A DNA stretch of 39,137 nucleotides, taken from positions 1 through 39,137 of the forward strand of contig JBEKHC010000041.1 in assembly GCA_050012475.1 (NCBI GenBank), given 5' to 3'. The notes under the pieces were generated by a model. That model ran no database searches and was not told where the DNA came from. It saw only the letters and a list, made by a program, of their open reading frames with translations. Positions 36,159 to 39,137 of this stretch are shown in pieces. The first letter of the stretch is position 1. Each line of letters begins with the position of its first letter. The position numbers and the translations under genes were made by a program. This DNA comes from Candidatus Velthaea sp. Lineage in GTDB: Bacteria; Vulcanimicrobiota; Vulcanimicrobiia; Vulcanimicrobiales; Vulcanimicrobiaceae.

Positions 36159-37394
36159 ATGCTCCACATCTGGCAGCCGTACAGTCAGATGAAAACAGCG
36201 CCCGAACCCGCGCTCGCCGTCAGCACCAACGGCTGCCGGATCACGCTGGCCGACGGCCGTGAGCTCATCGACGGCACGGCTTCATGGTGGACGGCCTGTC
36301 ACGGCTACAATCACCCCTGGATTCGAGCCGCGGTCGAAGACCAGCTGGCACGCATGCCGCACGTGATGTTCGGCGGACTCGTCCACGAGCCCGCTCTCCA
36401 GCTCGCAACGCGCTTGACGCAACTGCTGCCCGCAGGACTCCAGCGCGTGTTCTTTTCCGAATCCGGTTCCGTGTCGGTCGAGATCGCGCTCAAGATCGCG
36501 CTCAACTACTGGCGCAACAACGGCGTCGCCGAGCGCACGGAGTTCGTCTTTTTCAAAAACGCTTACCACGGCGACACGTTTGGCGCGATGGCGGTTTCGG
36601 ACGCGGCGAACGGCTTCGCCAATGCTTTTGCGCGCGCCGGCGTCGACGGGCATTGCCTCGCGTTACCGGCTTCGCCCCAGCGGGAAAGCGAGCTGGGCCG
36701 GCACCTCGAACGTCACGGCGACCGGGTTGCCGCGATCGTCGTCGAGCCGCTGGTCCAGGGCGCCGGCGGCATGAAGATGCACGATGCGCGCACGCTGGTT
36801 CGCATCCGCGAACTCGCAAACCGCTACGAATGTCTGCTGATCTGCGACGAGATATTCACCGGGTTCGGCCGCACGGGCTCGATGTTCGCGTGCGCGGCGG
36901 CGGACGTCCGGCCGGACATCATCACGCTGTCGAAAGCCATTACGGGAGGCACACTGCCGCTGGCGGCGACGGTCGTAACATCGGCCGTTTTCTCGGCGTT
37001 CTGGTCGGACGAGCCCGCGCACGCGCTGATGCACGGACCGACGTACATGGCGAACCCGCTCGCCTGCGCGGCCGCAAACGCCAGCCTCGACCTTTTCGAG
37101 CGTGAACCGCGGCTCGACCAGGTGGCCGCCATCGAGCGCAACCTGCGTGATGCGCTCGAGGCCTGCCGGAAGCTTGCGTGCGTCGCCGACGTCCGGGTCA
37201 CGGGTGCCGTCGGCGCCGTCGAACTGCACCGCAGCGATCGGAGCCTCGAGCTGCGCCGGCGCTTCCTCGACGCCGGCGTTTGGATTCGGCCGTTCGGCAA
37301 TACCGTCTACCTCACGCCGGCCTTCACCATCGATTTGGACGAGCTTCGATGCTTGACGGGTGCGATCGAGCACGTCTTGGCGGCGCTGGACTAA
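36159..37394 (+). CDS. bioA: Adenosylmethionine-8-amino-7-oxononanoate aminotransferase
   Basis: IWQPYSQM, SWWTACHGYNHP, SGSVSVE, YHGDT, DEIFTGFGRTG, LSKA, HGPTYMANP. Confidence 0.95.
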   Translation: MLHIWQPYSQMKTAPEPALAVSTNGCRITLADGRELIDGTASWWTACHGYNHPWIRAAVEDQLARMPHVMFGGLVHEPALQLATRLTQLLPAGLQRVFFSESGSVSVEIALKIALNYWRNNGVAERTEFVFFKNAYHGDTFGAMAVSDAANGFANAFARAGVDGHCLALPASPQRESELGRHLERHGDRVAAIVVEPLVQGAGGMKMHDARTLVRIRELANRYECLLICDEIFTGFGRTGSMFACAAADVRPDIITLSKAITGGTLPLAATVVTSAVFSAFWSDEPAHALMHGPTYMANPLACAAANASLDLFEREPRLDQVAAIERNLRDALEACRKLACVADVRVTGAVGAVELHRSDRSLELRRRFLDAGVWIRPFGNTVYLTPAFTIDLDELRCLTGAIEHVLAALD

Positions 37395-37399
37395 GGCGG

Positions 37400-38056
37400 T
37401 TAGACCCGGGTCGTGGGACGTTGCTCGGCGCGCTGGAGCACGCAACTCGAACGGGCGATGATCTGCGGCGGCGTTCCGGCGTAATGCACTTCGTCGAACG
37501 TCGCGCTGCGCAGGTCGTCGCCGTCTTGTTCGATTGCCGCCGTAACGACGATCCCAGCCGCGACGGCGGTGCCGGCCGCGGCATAGACGCCGCTCGAGCG
37601 GCCGTCGAGCGCGATGTCGCGCAGGCTGCCGCGGACTTGCGTGGCGCGCACCGTCAACGGAATCTGCACGACCGACTTGCCGAACCGCACGAACACCGAG
37701 GCCGGCTCGCTCGGCGCCGACAAGCGCGTCTGCGCGGCGGTGTCGACGGCCATGTTGTAGCACTGGACCGCGCTGTCTTGCGTGGCCGAATCGAGCTCGC
37801 CGTTCGCGGCGTACGCCGCCGGCAGCGAGAGCACGCTTCCGTCGTCGGCGGCGATCTGCAGCCGGGGACGCTTGCCGGAATGCTGCAGCGAAAGCGTTTC
37901 GTGGGCCACGACGGCTCCGGCGCCGGACGCCCCGATGGTCGTGACGACGTACGTGCGCTCCGGGGCCGTTGTTTGCGCGCCGGCGAGCGCGGGCAACGCG
38001 GCGATACCCGCCGCGACGGCGCACGTGACTCGATGCGTGCGCGTTCCGATGTTCAT
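37400..38056 (-). CDS. Secreted hypothetical protein
   Basis: Signal peptide (..AALPALAGA-Q), beta-rich, two Cys in the mature part. Confidence 0.6.
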   Translation of the reverse strand: MNIGTRTHRVTCAVAAGIAALPALAGAQTTAPERTYVVTTIGASGAGAVVAHETLSLQHSGKRPRLQIAADDGSVLSLPAAYAANGELDSATQDSAVQCYNMAVDTAAQTRLSAPSEPASVFVRFGKSVVQIPLTVRATQVRGSLRDIALDGRSSGVYAAAGTAVAAGIVVTAAIEQDGDDLRSATFDEVHYAGTPPQIIARSSCVLQRAEQRPTTRV

Positions 38057-38128
38057 GCACGCACCGTAGCAGCCCAAACTCAAGCCGCACATAGCCGCGG
38101 CTGAGAAGCGGCTGAGTGCGGCGGTTGG

Positions 38129-39137
38129 CTAAGGGGTCGGGGCGGAAGCCGGCGGGTTGGTGTCGCCCAGCGCCATCGCCATCGCGCGATAGACGTCGAG
38201 CCGGCCGCAGCCTTCGTTCGGATCGCTGATGTCGTCGGCCGTGGCGCAGAGCAGCTGCTTCATGAGCGTCGGTGATTGGTAGCTGGGATTCACCGAGAGA
38301 ATGAGGGCAGCCGCGCCCGCGACGTGCGGCGTCGACATCGAGGTGCCGGCGATGAGGATGCGGCAGTCGCTCGGACCCGATGATCCATAGTCGCTCGAAC
38401 AATCGCCGGCGAAATTCGTATCGCTCGCGGACGACATGAACGGCGTCGAGGTCCAAATGTTTTGGATCCAATGCAAGTCGTCGGAGTCGCTGCTGAAGGC
38501 GCCGCTGCCGGTTGGATCACCGCCCGGCGCGACGATGCCCCAGGCCGACGAACTGCCGGGCGACGCACCGGGGCTGCCGTAGTCCGAGTAGGAAGCGACG
38601 TACTCGAACGGCGACGACGGCGAGCCGCCCGCTTTGTTCGAGCCGTTCGTCGTGCCGTCGGCAAGTGCCGTGGCGCCGACGGCGATCACGCCCGCATCGC
38701 AGGCCGGCGCTTCGACCGGCGGCCCGGTGCCGTTCCCGGCCGCCGCCACGACGACGACATTCGCCGCGATCGCGTCGGCAATGGCCTTGCCTTCGGCTTC
38801 GTCGGAGTCGACGCCGGTCGTGCTGCACGCGCTTCCGCCCAAGCTGATACTGATGACGTTGACGTGCTGGGCGATCGCATCCTCGATCGCTGAAACGATG
38901 TCGGCGGTATCGGCTCCGCACTGGTCATCGGTGGTCGAGGTGTTTGTGCAGTTGTCGTCCGGGTTGGGGAACACCCGATAGGCGTACAGTTCGGCGTTGC
39001 CGCCTGCGGCGGTGAAGCCGAAGTCGTTGTTGGTCGCTTCGCCGGCGATGCCCGCAACGTCGGTGCCGTGGCCGTCTTCATCGGTGGTGAACGCGGATGT
39101 CGATTGGCTGTTGTTGGGATTGGTGATGAAGCAGCGC
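38129..39137 (-). CDS. S8 (subtilisin-like) serine peptidase, 5' part outside the window
   Basis: DGHGTDVAGI (His), VISISLG, AAGN (oxyanion), AGTSMSTPHVAG (Ser); open frame to the window end. Confidence 0.92.
   Translation of the reverse strand, partial: RCFITNPNNSQSTSAFTTDEDGHGTDVAGIAGEATNNDFGFTAAGGNAELYAYRVFPNPDDNCTNTSTTDDQCGADTADIVSAIEDAIAQHVNVISISLGGSACSTTGVDSDEAEGKAIADAIAANVVVVAAAGNGTGPPVEAPACDAGVIAVGATALADGTTNGSNKAGGSPSSPFEYVASYSDYGSPGASPGSSSAWGIVAPGGDPTGSGAFSSDSDDLHWIQNIWTSTPFMSSASDTNFAGDCSSDYGSSGPSDCRILIAGTSMSTPHVAGAAALILSVNPSYQSPTLMKQLLCATADDISDPNEGCGRLDVYRAMAMALGDTNPPASAPTP

Noticed and set aside
1..39137. tRNA, rRNA, transposase, integrase or prophage genes
   Set aside because: None recognisable by eye in the window.

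Overview
High-GC bacterial chromosomal window. The gene mix is suggestive of a soil organism such as Eremiobacterota, which is inference only. From left to right: (1) a tightly coupled nitrogen-scavenging operon (triuret hydrolase TrtA-like cysteine hydrolase, NCS2-like permease, FAH-superfamily decarboxylase/hydratase, AtzG-like, AtzE-like, C-terminally short AtzF) that lacks biuH, atzH and atzD; (2) two GT-C-like membrane proteins flanking a LysE exporter; (3) an intact Phd/YefM antitoxin with a broken VapC; (4) a PfkB kinase, a PAS-GGDEF cyclase and a disrupted photoactive-yellow-protein-like gene downstream of a YtfQRT-like sugar ABC operon; (5) Bcr/CflA MFS, HAD-II, SDR and class-III aminotransferase; (6) larBCE without larA; (7) a MASE-PAS-GAF-SpoIIE-HATPase signalling protein, DUF72, an incomplete degenerate Liv-type ABC pair and a FAH protein; (8) divergent bioFD/bioBA and a partial S8 protease. 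The best candidate for an undescribed system is the first operon: a possible BiuH-independent triuret route (TrtA to AtzEG to AtzF) in which a FAH-fold protein sits where AtzH or TrtB would be needed. All family calls come from recognised motifs, not from database searches.
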